DNA from: Azolla caroliniana
Taxonomy: Eukaryota; Plantae; Polypodiophyta
Assembly (NCBI GenBank): GCA_043228905.1
Contig: JBHGNT010000021.1
Location: forward strand, 11,222,001 to 11,286,000
DNA length: 64,000 nucleotides
Direction: 5' to 3'
Shown here: one piece after another, positions 38,066 through 50,884 of the stretch
Numbering within the stretch: position 1 is the stretch's first letter
How the letters are laid out: every line of letters begins with the position of its first letter
Translations under genes and position numbers: made by a program
The notes under the pieces: model-generated
What the model saw: only the letters and a program-made list of their open reading frames with translations
Told to the model about the DNA's origin: nothing
Databases searched by the model: none

Positions 38066-38232
38066 CCTCAACGTTGAACCCCCTTGGGAGGGGGGTGGAG
38101 CCATTCTAGGCACCACCCCCCACCCCACAATGCTTCTCTATATGATCTCTCTCACCATCATACTCTCCATCACCATGTCTATCTTTATCATGATTATCAT
38201 CATCATTAACCCTAACCCTAAAACATACAACA
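37747..38232 (+). repeat. LTR of a separate gypsy family (X), followed by PBS-like TGGCAACCACGA (38238-38249)
   Basis: TG...CATACAACA termini, TATA-like CTATTTAA, CT microsatellite; no internal similarity to 44177-44566. Confidence 0.72.
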
Positions 38233-38252
38233 CATTTTGGCAACCACGACGG

Positions 38253-40784
38253 GATGGATTTAGCGGCTACAACCAAATACGAATGAACCCGGCCGACCAA
38301 GAGAAGACAGCGTTCGTGACGGAATGGGGAGTGTTCGTCGCGGTCGTGATGATGTTCGGACTAAAGACGGCTCCAGCGACCTTTCAAAGGATAATAATGG
38401 AAATTTTCGGGGAATATATCCCCGGTTTTATGCAGGTCTTCCTTGACGATTTCGCGGTCTACAGCCGGCACGGAGAGCATCTCGATCACCTCCGGCTGTG
38501 CTTGGAGAAGTGCCGCGAGTACCGATTCAGCCTGAATCCGGCCAAATGTGTCTTTGGAGTGGCAAGCGGCAACTTGCTAGGGCACGTGGTGAGTAAGGAA
38601 GGAATCGCGGTAGATCCGGATAAAGTCAAGGCGATTCTCGATGCACCAGAACCAAGTAACACAAAGGCTTTAAGTCGGTTCCTGGGCCAAATAAGGTGGC
38701 ATAGCCGGATGATACGGCACCTCGCGGACTTCGCTACACCGTTACATACCGCCGTACATAGGGTACCCTTCCTATGGGCAGAGACGGAGGAGGAATCCTA
38801 CAAAGCGTTGAAGGTTATGCTGTCGCAAGCTCCGGTGGTGCAACCGCCGGATTGGAGTAAAAGCTTTCACGTCTTCGTCGACGCGTCGAACGTAGCAATC
38901 GGCAGCGTTTTGATGCAACTCACAGAGCCGAAATGGTACTGACCGGTGTACTACGCAAGCCGGAAACTCTCAAAAGCCGAACGGAATTACTCTACGACGG
39001 AACGCGAGGCATTGGGAATGGTGTATAGTGTCACAAAGTACAGGCACTATCTGCTCGGAAGGAAGTTTTCCTTCCATGTCGACCATTCGGCACTACTCTA
39101 CCTGGTCTCGAAGGCATCCCTGACGGGAAAAATTGCACGGTGGAAACTGCTACTACAGGAATTTGAATTCGACATTTTCCACCGACCCGGGGCGCACCAT
39201 GCGATAGCGGACTATCTAAGCAGACTCGAATCCGGAGAAGTAGGGGACGACGTCCAGGATGAGTTTCCCGACGCCGAATTGTTCCGGATCACGACGAAAC
39301 CGGCAACGGATACAACGGTAGCCGACGAAGACACATGGCTAACTGAGATGCACCAGTTCCTGAGCACCGGAGTTCCCCCGGAGAACATGGACCGCGATGA
39401 AAGGAAAAGGGTAGCAGTAAGAAGTAGACATTTCTGCTTGGTTGGAGACACCCTCTATCACAAGGGGGTAGATGGCATCTGGAGACGAGAAGTGCAGAGC
39501 GATGAGAAGGATCTAATCCTTAGGGAAGCCCACTGTGGAATTGCCGGCGGGCATTATGCCGGCGACGCAACCGCTTGGAAAATATGGCAGAGCGGACTGT
39601 GGTGGCCGACCACCCTAAAAGATGCCGTGAAGTATAGCAGAGAATGCGATTTGTGTCAACGACTGGGCCAACCCACAGAGCAGGCCCGGATGCCACACCA
39701 CCCGGTCTTGCCCTTAGAACCGTTTCAAAAGTGGGGGTTGGACTTTGTCGGTCCCTTCAAACCACCGGCAATGCGAACCGGAAATCGGTATGTCATAGTG
39801 GCGACCGACTATTGCACCAAATGGGTAGAAGCAAAGGCCTTACGGGACAACACGGTCGCGTCCACGGCAAAGTTTCTGTACGAGTGCATATGGTGCCGGT
39901 ATGGATGCCCGATCGAGCTTATAAGTGACCAAGGAGGACATTTTCTCGGGCAGGTAGTAGAGAGCCTGACGTCATTTTACGCGGTGGTACATAAAAAGAG
40001 TACTCCCTACTACCCTCAAGCCAATGGACTAGCGGAATCAACGAACAAAACTTTGTAGAACATCCTACGAAAAATCGTCAACGAGAACCGGACCGACTGG
40101 GATACGAAATTGCAAAGCGCGCTATGGGCGTACCGAACAACGTACAAAACCAGCATCCGGACAACCCCGTTCCGACTAGCATTCGGGTTAGAAGCGGTCA
40201 TGCCGGTAGAGTTCCAGATCCCCAACTTACGGATTCAGGTGAAGGAGCGCTTAAGTGAGAACGAGTCCGAACGAATCTGGCTGGCAACGCTGTTGGAATT
40301 AGAGGAAAACCGAATAGCCAGCTTACTACAACTCGAACTGGAGCAAAGGAGGAGAAAAGCCTTCGTGGACCGACACCGGCGTGGCAATGAAAAGGAGTTC
40401 GAAGTCGGGAAACCGGTGCTACTATTCCAGACAAGGATGGGGAACATGCCGGGAAAGTTGCGGTTTCGATGGACCGGACCGTTCTGGATCACCAAGGAGT
40501 ACAATGGGTCGTATCAGCTCGGCACGTTGTCTGGAGATGTCATTGGCAAGTGGGCAAATGGATTTCGGCTAAAGCCGTATAAAGGAAATATGCCAGCCAA
40601 CCCGTTCAAGCGAAACTCGGAAATCAGGCAAGATGAGGAACCGACACCGACAGACGCTGCTGAAGATATTCAGACCGATGAAGAACCGACACCGATACTG
40701 ACGAAGACTATCCCGGAAAACCGACAGAAGGATCCGGTATCCACACGAACCGACCCGAACAAATCGGGGGGGACCAGCAAATGA
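38253..40784 (+). pseudogene. T1 pol (RT from DGFSGYNQI, RNase H, integrase), two premature stops
   Basis: MFGLKTAPATFQR, VFLDD, FVDAS, WGLDFVGP, YPQANGLAE; near-identical protein to T2 pol. Confidence 0.93.
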
Positions 40785-41229
40785 CGTGGTCCAAGCAAAA
40801 GGAAAAAATAAAAAATAAAAAATAAAAAATAAAAAATAAAATAAAATAAAAAATGACGTGGGCAAAATCGACGCGAATCATCGTAATGATGGGGAGATCA
40901 CAAGAGGTGGGAGCGCCACCATGCAACGAAGAGGCGCCATGCATTAAAGAAGGACGTGCGCGTACTTGCTATTTAAAGCATGGAGCGTGGGCACTCACAC
41001 GCGGCAAACAAGAAAGGACATACTAATTATGGCGGGAGAGGAACATGCGCGGGAAACGAAAAAGGGCGGCTCGAGGCACAACCCACTATATAAGACACAG
41101 GCCTGCGAAGGGCTCACTTTTTACGAATTTTCCTACATACAGGCGTAGAAGCACAGAAGAGCGACCCGACGCACAGAGCACACACAGCGCGATCCCGAAC
41201 AACAGGGAGCAGAAGAAGAATTCAAAACA

Positions 41230-44126
41230 ATGGTACTGTCGGAAGAGGCACGCCAATGGATGAGGGAGAACGGGTTAAAAGGATTGCTGCGGATCGCCGA
41301 CGCTCCACCACACGCAGAACCAGAGCAGGCGGCAGCATCGATCGATATATCAGAAGTCACGGAAGGAGCGGTGCAGGCACTCACGGGGATCAAAGCAGGA
41401 GGACTGCAAACAATCGAAAACCCTTCCAGTGAAATCCTGTTCGAATATTTCGGGGAATACTCTATCAACAGCAAGGCGTACCGAACGCAGGGCGGAGAGA
41501 ACCTGCTGTTCGGAGAAGTGGCCCGCGCTATGATGGAATACGGATTCGTGAATCCCCGTCCCCCAGCCATAGCCAAGTACCGGGCAACATTCTTAATAGC
41601 AGCGTACGAGGGCTTACAAATAGACTGGCTCCATTTCATAACCGAAGGATTGAAGGAGGCCATCAGAAATCTTGTGGAAGGAAAAAAGCCATGGGCCGGG
41701 ATAGCACAATGGCTAACGGTGTTAGTCCCACCGGTGCTCCCCATCACACAAAAGAAAAGAGGTCGGCAGGAGACGACGCCGAAAAAGGTCACAAAGCGCC
41801 GACAGATCTTGGAGAAACACACCCCCGGATGGACCCAACAAGAAGCAGAACAGCAGGGGGAAGGACCATCCCGACAGCAACAGGAACCGGCAACAAAGGC
41901 AAAACCGGCAGGTAAAGGCAAAGGGAAAGCGGCCGAGGAGGAACCGGTAGCGCGCAAACCAATCCATATAACGCTGCGACGGCCGGAACCGGAACCAGAG
42001 GTCTCTAGACAAAAGGTCTGTCTGGTAACCGCACCGGAGGAGGAAACTGAAACAGAAGACTCATCCGAACCACTGGTAAGACTCCCAGCAAGACAAGGTC
42101 GGGAGAAACGGGCGAAAGGACCAGCTCCACCAGTGGACAGAACTCAGCAGAGGGCGCAGGGACCATCTCCAGTAGCCGAGGCGGAAACAGCACCGGAACC
42201 CGTACCCAGGGAAGCAGCACCGACACCGGTTGGGTCAGAAAACCGGTCATCCCAGAGAAGAAGAAGGAACAAGCGCCGGAGCCGGAGCCAGAGAAGAGGC
42301 TGGAAAATCAGCCTGGCTTAAGTGAGCAAGGCCACCCCGACACCGGAAGAACAAAGCCACAATGGCTGAGATGGCTTTCGGAGCAGTTATCGGGAGTAGC
42401 GGACCAGTTAGAGAAAGAAGAAACGTGTCGGCAACAGCTGACGCATACAACAACTCAGGAGTTGGTCGCACTCCGAACACAGATCGAGGAAATGCAAGGG
42501 GAGCTGTTGCAGGCAAGGGAAGGAATTCAACAAGCACAAGCTGTCACCGAGCCAGTCGGGACAACAAGGAAGCAACCAGAACCGGAACCGGAACCGGTAG
42601 CCTTGCAAACCGGCCCTGAGACCGAAAAAATAATAGAAACCTTACGAGAGGAGTTACAAGCTCAGGAGGCATTAAGGGAAAGAGAAAGGGAGCAGCGGAA
42701 AGCGGTGGAGGATGACAGACGAAAAATGGAAGAAGGCCTCCGGAAAGGTCGAGCCGCTAATGACCGACTGCAAGAAGAAAAAGAGAAGTTGCAGAAGGAG
42801 AAGGACCGACTACGTCGACATGCCGAGCAAGAGATAGAACGACTGCAGGAAGAACTCCGACAACAGAAGGACCGGGACGATCGGTTAAGAGCTCAGGCAT
42901 CCCGACGCCTGAAGCAGAAGACGGAGGACTTCGACCGTCTCTACCGAGATCACAAGCAGGCCGAGTCGGACAACAAAAAACGAGCAGCAAACTACGACCG
43001 GCAAATAGAGAAGCTAAAAGAGCAGCTCAAAGAGACCCGATTAGACCTGGCTAAGGCGATGGATGAGGTCAGTGCCAACAAGGAAGCATTGTCGGCGGAA
43101 ATAGCCCAAGCAACGGAGAGAAGGAAGGAATTAGAGGCGCTAAGGCGGGAAAAGCTGGACCTGACCAAGATCAGGAATGAAGAAAAGGAAAAATCGACCT
43201 TCACGATCAGCAAACTGCAGAGTACCTATGAAAAGCAGAAAGCAGATTACGAGGCCCAGGCTCAGATAATGGCCGACATTATAAAACGGGCAAGGAAGGA
43301 AAAGCAGGAAGCTTATGCGCATGCTAAGGCAGGGGTTGACCGGATCAAGCTCATCATGTCAGGATGGAGAACCCGAGCTCAGGCAAGCATCAATGAAAGT
43401 ACGGAAAAGCTATGGAAGGAGTGGTCACAACAGGCAGCTAAGCTGCAGACACTCCGAGCGGATGTCGAGAATCGGAGGAAGACCGGTGACAAGTTCTACA
43501 AGATGGATGAGGAAAGTATCGTCGCCATTCGGGAAGAATTGTCGGAAGATTTCTACACTTTAGCGGAAGAACATCTCAAAGAAATCCGAGGGTTGGTAGA
43601 GAGGTTGGATGACGGGCAGCTCGCAACTCAGTTGGAGTTGGAGAGATACGAGTAGGACCGGTTACGACAGGAAGCTAAGGGAAGAACGACGCCAACCACT
43701 ATTGGTGAGGGAACGCGACCGGCTGAAGATGAACCAACCGACGCCGAACAACCTCGACGAGGAATACCCGAAGACGAACTTGAAGAAGAGCAGGAGCGGA
43801 CCGATGCCGGAGAAGAAGAAGAGCTGAGACCGGAAGACACCAGAGCAGAGGAAGGAGGCATATCGAGTCGACCAGTCGAGACCGGAGAAAGCGACACTGG
43901 TAACAGAACAGAGCCAAGAACGGAGGGAGAACAGGAAGAACCCGGACGAAGAGGTGAGGAAGCACCGACACCACAGAATCAAGCAGAGCCGGAGCAGCAA
44001 ATTTTTACAGAACAGCCCACCCAACCGGAGGTCGGAGACCAGGCAGGCAAGGAACAGGAACAGGAGGAAGAAGCACCACTTGACACCATCGAGCAGAGTG
44101 TGCTCGATATTTTGGAGGAAGACTGA
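41230..44126 (+). pseudogene. T1 ORF2 (3' extra ORF), one frameshift near 42250 and a stop at 43653
   Basis: ORFs 41230-42321 and 42462-43655 are collinear with T2 ORF2; both end LEED*. Confidence 0.88.
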
Positions 44127-44176
44127 GGCCGGGAGTGGATTCGAAGTGCAAGGCACTTTCCCACGGGCGTGCCATG

Positions 44177-44566
44177 TGTTGGCCGGTCAGAAGAGCAAGG
44201 ACAAGTGGGAAGGCGGAATCGGATCGGATAATAGGAGGCAAATAATAGTAGAATTATTATTCGGAGGGACGGATCCGGTACAATTGTACCGATCCAGATC
44301 CGGACCGATTCGTATGTCGGTTGCCTAAGCGCACCGATTGTAACCTTGCCGGATGCCTATAAAAGGATCCGATGATTTGTAAAGTGTTTTGACGGAAGTA
44401 ATACAATAGTGATTATTGCGTATTTATTTGTATCTCGTATTGTTTGCCGTCCGTGCTTAATTGTAATCATCTTATGCGTGTAACCTAGCATCCAATCCTT
44501 ACCACCCCTTTGGAGAAGTGTCGGATAGACACCTGTGTTGAGGCTAGTCCGGCCAGACAGACAACA
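44177..44566 (+). repeat. 3' LTR of T1
   Basis: Homologous to T2 LTRs (TGTTGGCCGGTCA...CCTATAAAAGG...ACAACA); followed by TSD AAGTG. Confidence 0.92.
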
Positions 44567-45256
44567 AAGTGCAATCACGGTCCACACCGTTATCATCTTT
44601 GCCACCGGGGCAAAGGTCTCTTCATAGTCGACGCCATGCGTCTGAGCGTATCCTTTCGTTGTGAGTCGAGCTTTGTAGCGGTTTACGGAGCCATTGGCGT
44701 TATACTTCACCTTGTAGATCCATCTGCAATCGATTGCCTTCTTGTGCAGTGAGTGGGGAACGAGATCCCATGTCTCGTTCTTGCGTAATGCACGCATCTC
44801 CTCGTTCATTGCTTTGATCCATCGCGGGTCCTTCGCGGCTTCGGAAAAGGTTTCTGGCTCCCGTACTATTGCTACCTTCATCATAAAGGCGTAATGGTAC
44901 GCCATATAATCATTGTAGCCGAATCGGCTTATGGGGTTCTTTTCACGGGTAGATCGGCGAAGCTTCTCATTTGCGGATACTATGGTGTTCTCCGCCCCAT
45001 TTGTTCGGATCTCAAGGCCTTCGAACTCACTATCGAGGGAGTGAGTTGATTCGTTGCCGTCAAAGTGATCATCTTCAAACTCCGGCATTTTTGCCTTCCC
45101 TTTGTCCATCCTCAAACTCGACTGAGATGTGCTTTGATTGCTCGGGGGCTCTTGTGGCCCACTAAGCCTTGTTGTAATTGGGCTTTCTTCAAACATGCGC
45201 GTGAGTCGATCTTCGGCTTCTATCTCTATTTCGGCGGAATCCGGGTCTAGCGGAAT

Positions 45257-48200
45257 TGTTGAGAGACAAGCTCAACATCGGCCGGATCGGCTGAAGAAGC
45301 CGAGGACCGGATCGGTTGGGACCGATCGGTTAGGCCGAATGCGTAAACCGGGAGGTCGTTAGGAAAGATATTCCGTGAGGAATATATTTGGGAGTTAGTG
45401 TAGGAGCTCTTAATGAGCATTGAAGTACTGTCAGTACTTCTGTCAGTCATTCTAGGACTTGTATAAAAGTGTTCATGGAACACACATATGTATAGAGTAG
45501 TGAATCGAGATCTTTTGTTGTTGAATATAGTTCTCCTTTCTCTCTCTCTGTCTCTCCTGCGTATACAGCGTAAGCTCAAGCTCTCCATTAAACCTGCGAC
45601 TTCTATCTTCTGTTCGGTCTTCATACTTGCTTCCACACGCTACTTTCTACATGGTATCAGAGCGCGAGGGTTGAGAACCTCTCTGCAACTGACACAGTGA
45701 CGAAGAAGAACAAGAAGAACGATGGATAGAGGCATGGCGAGCTCGCTTCCAATAGAGAAGCTCGACCGAACGAACTACGCGTCTTGGTCCTACAAGATGC
45801 ACCAGTACCTGCTCGGGCACGGCTACTGGTGTTATGTTGAAGGAGCTAATGACGCGGCACCCGAATCGACACACAAAGACTTCCCGTGGTGGGAGCAATC
45901 GGCGAGCAGGGTATTATACTGCTTCGCGTCGTGTGTGGGCGAACAACTATTGAGCTATGTCCGGGATGCAAAGACGCCGAAGGGTGCGTGGGAAAATTTG
46001 AAGAAGATTTTCGCCGCGAGCACCACAGCCAGGAAGCTCCAGGTCCGACAGGAGTTGAGCAACCTACGACAACGCGAGTTGTCGGTGGCAGACTATACCC
46101 CGAAGATCAAGGATATCTGCGACTCCCTCGCCTCCATAGAGGTAAACATCGAGGAGAGCGAGATGGTCCAGATTTGTCTCGGAGTTTTGGCGTCGAAGTA
46201 CGGAGCGTTCCGAACGACTGTGTGTACCCGGGAGAATACGCCGTCCTTTTTCGACTTACAGTCGATGCTCCTGGTAGAGGAGAACCACGCGGGTGCGTCG
46301 ACGAGCATGCACACCGACAGCAAGATGTTGTACACGGAGGGAGAAAGTCCCCATGGTCGTGGCGGATGAGGCGAGTCGGTGCGCAATGGAGGCGGCCGAC
46401 GAGATCAAGGAAGAAGGCACCGAAGTGATGCCGACAGAAACTCCGGACCCTCCGGAAACTGGGGGAGTGGAAGCGATGAGAACCAGCAAGGGAAGTCCAT
46501 CACGGAGTGCTGGTAAAGGCCATAGGGAAAGTGAGTGCTAGAAGAAGCACGCCGATTCGGAGAAAACTGGTTCCGGACATACCGACAAGGGAAATCGGCA
46601 GCGATCGCACTACGCCAAAGACTCCGGGAGAGTTGGAGAAGGGTCTGTCTTCGTGACGAGACACGAAGCAAACTCAATGAAACAGAGCACCCCGAGATCG
46701 GACGAGGTGTGGTACGTAGACTCCGGCGCGTCAAACCACATGACGAGCCATAAGGAGTGGTTCTCGTACCTTGAAAAACCGATACAACCCGGATTAGTCG
46801 CAACTGGAGACGACACTCCACATCCGATCGCGAATGTCGGAGAAGTTCCCCTTAGCCATGTCGGGCAGAAAGGGAAACTCATGAACGTGTTGCACGTCCC
46901 GACAATCACGAAGAACTTGGTCTCGGTCGGACAGATCGTCGACCAAGGGATGGAGGTTCGGTTTACACACCTCGGGTGCTTCATTGAGGAAGAAGGCCGT
47001 GTGATTGCGCAAGGGCGCAGAGACGGGAGGATGTTCATCCTCGACTCCACTGACGGCGGCACCGCAATGTTCGCGAAGGGACAAAAATCCGAGTTGGACA
47101 TCGACTTGTGGCACAAGCGGATAGGCCACGTCAACCACCAGCGGCTTCAAGATCTACAATCGAAACAGGTAGTGTTCGGATTGCCCAAATTTAGTGACCG
47201 AAAGGCACAAATTTGTGAAACCTGCCAGCTCGGGAAGCAACACCGACTTCCTTTCCCCAACGAGCGAAACCGGAGCCGGAACAAGCTCGACCTTATACAC
47301 TCCGATGTGTGGGTGCCGGCACAAAACGTTAGTCTTGGCGGGAGCCGATATTTCATCTCCTTCATCGACGATCACACGCGGCACACGTGTATCTACCTCA
47401 TTGAGAGGAAGAGCGAAGTCTTCGACTGTTTCCGTGACCTCAAAGGGTTCGTGGAAACGGAAACGGGACGAAAGATCAAGTGCCTGCGGTCAGATGGCGG
47501 GAAAGAGTACTTTTCCAATCAATTCAACGGTTATCTACAACAAATGGGAATTCGGCGCGAATTCAATTGTAGATACACGCCAGAGCAGAACGGCGTGGTC
47601 GAGAGGAAGAATCGGTCAGTTGTGGAAGCGGCACGGGCAATGCTGGAGGAGAAGAGCTTGCCCAAGTTCTACTCGGCCGAGGCGGTAAGGACCGCGGTAT
47701 ACATCCAAAACCGGATCAGAGACAAAGTGTCGGTGCACGAGCTATATTTCGGAACGAAGCTGAACTTGCGACACTTGAGGGTGTTCGGTAGCATTGCGTA
47801 TGTGCATATACCGAAGGATAAAAGGAGGAAACTGGACACAAAGGTCGAGAAATGCATCTTGGTCGGTTACTCGGACGAGCAGAAGGGTTATAAGTGCTAT
47901 AACCCTCGCACCAAACAAGCGCATGTCAGCCGCGACGTTGTGTTTGACGAGTCCACGTCCTGGTACTTGCCCCCGACTCCGAACCCTGCCCCCAATCCAA
48001 GCTCTGACGATGAGGTCAGAGAGGCCGAGATGCCTCCGAATGAGCCCGAAATCGAGACCTGCGAAGAGAGTCTGATTTCACTCCGGTTAAGTGGACCGAT
48101 TGGACGACTGAGTCGGTACGACCAGTCCGATGAAGAGCCGGCGAGTAGTGGAGACTCGGCCGTGCATTCCCCGTGCAGGAAGCCGAGGAGACAGCTTATG

Positions 48201-50884
48201 CGCAAAGAGAAAGGGAAGAAGAAGGTGTCGGATTCCGACACGGATAGGAACGAGTCAGACCGACGCGAGTCCGACTCCGAGGGAACCGGTTACGGGTCTT
48301 TAAAAGTGAAGTCCGCGTCGACCAAGAAGGCCTCGACATTGGCTAATGCGAGATTACGCCGATCTACCCGCCAGAAGAACCCTGTTTTGCGGTTCGGATA
48401 CAACGAGTACATGGTGCATCATTATGCGTACATGACCCGTGTAGCGGAAGTGCGTGAGCCGGAGAGCTACGTAGAAGCGGCTAAAGACGCGAATTGGCGT
48501 GCCACGATGGAGGAAGAGATGCACGCATTGGCGGAGAATGAGACTTGGGACTTGGTTGACGCACTGAAGGGTCTGAAGCCGATCGGGTGTAGGTGGGTGT
48601 ACAAGGTCAAGTACAACACCGATGGCTCGGTCAACCAGTACAAGGCTCGGCTAGTGGCAAAGGGCTACGGGCAGAAACACGACATCGACTACGATGAGAC
48701 GTATGCGCCAGTCGCGAAAATGACGACCGTCCGTGTCTTGCTCGCAATAGTCGCGGCCAAGGGGTGGCACCTACATCAAATGGATGTAAAGAACGCGTTC
48801 CTGCAAGGTGACCTTGAGGAACAAGTGTACATGGTACAACCCCCCGGATTTCCCTCCGGAAAGAACTCCTCGGCAGTATGCCGACTGAAGAAGTCCCTTT
48901 ACGGACTGAAGGAAGCCCCGTGTGCCTGGAACGCGAAGATCACGCAACAACTGCGTCGGATGGGCTTCGTCACGACAAAATCGGACTCTTCCCTGTTCAT
49001 CCGGAAAGGTCGACTCGGACCTGTTAGTATTCTACTATATGTCGATGACTTGGTCATCACCAGCGCCGACCTAGGCGAAATCGACCGCGTGAAGCTCCAA
49101 CTTGCGACATCGTTCGACATGAAGGATCTGGGGGACCTTCATTACTTCCTCGAGATCGAAGTGATTCGTACCCCCGAAGGCATATTGATCAGCCAACGTC
49201 ATTACGTGCTGGGTATGCTCTTCAAACTCGGGATGGCCGACTGTAAGTCCGTCTCGACTCCTCTAGACAGAACTGCAAGCTTCGTCCTGATACGGGAAAG
49301 GTATGCGACCTGACGAGGTTCTGACAAATTGTCGGAAGCCTCATATACTTGACCATCACCCGACCCAACCTCAGTTATCCGGTCGGAGTGATCAGTCAGT
49401 TCATGGCGCAACCTACCAAGGAGCACCTTCAATGTGCGCAACGCGTACTGCGGTACGTAAATGGCACTAAGGACCGAGGACTGCTATATCGGATCAGTGC
49501 AGCTGCGCAGTTAGTCGGCTACACCGATGCTGATTGGGCTGGCAACGCCGCCGATCGCTGATCCACGTCCGGATACGCGTTCTCCCTCGGGAGTGCCGCG
49601 ATCGCGTGGAGCAGTAAGAAGTAGCCGACAGTTGCACTGTCGAGCACCGAAGCTGAGTACCGAGGAGCGGCTATCGCGACATGCGAAGCCATATGGTTGA
49701 AGCGGCTACTTAAGGACCTGCAAGCGGAGGTGTCCGATCCGACGACGATCTACTATGACAACCTCAGCAGCATCCAGCTCGCGAAGAACCCCGTTTTCCA
49801 CGCACGAACCAAGCACATTCAGGTGCACTACCATTTCGTCCGTGAGTGTGTCCTTTCCAGTGAAGTCGAACTTCAGTACGTGCCGACGAATCGGCAGACT
49901 GCCGACATCTTCACAAAGCCTCTTGGTCTGGACAAGTTGCGGCAATTCTCAAGTGCGCTCGGATTGTGTCACCTTCACGTGCCAAACTTGAGGGGGAGAA
50001 CAATCCCGAACGACCAAGCAAGGTAGTAGGAAAGGAGCGGAGACCGCGACACCGAGTCGGTTGTCGAGTTCAACTTCGGATCGGCTGAAGAAGCCGAGGG
50101 TGGACCCGCGGAAAAGTTCGGAAGAGGACAGAAGGGGAGCAACCGAAGGAGAGAGCTGAAGCCAACCACGCATGGGGGAGATGACGCCATCAAGGGCGAG
50201 AAGACCGAAGATGAGTTGGAGACAGCCAACCCGGACGAGAGCGAAAACCGATCGGAGGTAGCCGAGTCGGTTCAGATGTTTGATTCAGACACGTTGAATC
50301 AACCGAGGCCCAAGCGGAAGAAAAGGTCGCAGAAGAAGTGTCGACACTACAACAGCAGAAGAGCTGATAAGGGCCACATGAGCAGACAAGCCGACCGGAA
50401 GGGTCGAAGCGTGCGGAGTCGAACAGGTCGAGGAGCGCGAGCGAGGCGTGAAGCCAGGAGGAACCAGAGCTGTGAGCCGGAGGATCCCGAAGAGCCTCGA
50501 GTTGAGCTTGAGGGGGAGTGTTGAGAGACAAGCTCAACATCGGCCGGATCGGCTGAAGAAGCCGAGGACCGGATCGGTTGGGACCGATCGGTTAGGTCGA
50601 GTGCGTAAACCGGGAGGTCGTTAGAAAAGATATTCTGTGAGGAATATATTTGGGAGTTAGTGTAGGAGCTCTTAATGAGCATTGAAGTACTGTCAGTACT
50701 TCTGTCAGTCCTTCTAGGACTTGTATAGAGTAGTGAATCGAGATCTTTTGTTGTTGAATATAGTTCTCCTTTCTCTCTCTCTGTCTCTCTTGCGTATACA
50801 GCGTAAGCTCAAGCTCTCCATTAAACCTGCGACTTTTATCTTCTGTTCGGTCTTCATACTTGCTTCCGCACGCTACTTTCTATA
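45257..50884 (+). mobile_element. Ty1/copia element copia-B, full length
   Basis: LTRs 45257-45651 and 50519-50884 (3' copy has a ~29-bp deletion); TSD GGAAT (45252-45256 / 50885-50889); iMet PBS 45652-45663; PPT 50510-50518. Confidence 0.96.
45722..50026 (+). pseudogene. copia-B gag-pol (886-aa intact PR-INT-RT stretch; stops and frameshifts elsewhere)
   Basis: ORFs 45722-46369, 46653-49313, 49349-49561, 49697-50026 carry all copia domains in order. Confidence 0.95.

Noticed and set aside
38016-38252. Hydrophobic N-terminus (signal or transmembrane-like) fused to RT in the 308-aa ORF
   Set aside because: It is a chance translation of LTR X microsatellites joined to pol by a deletion
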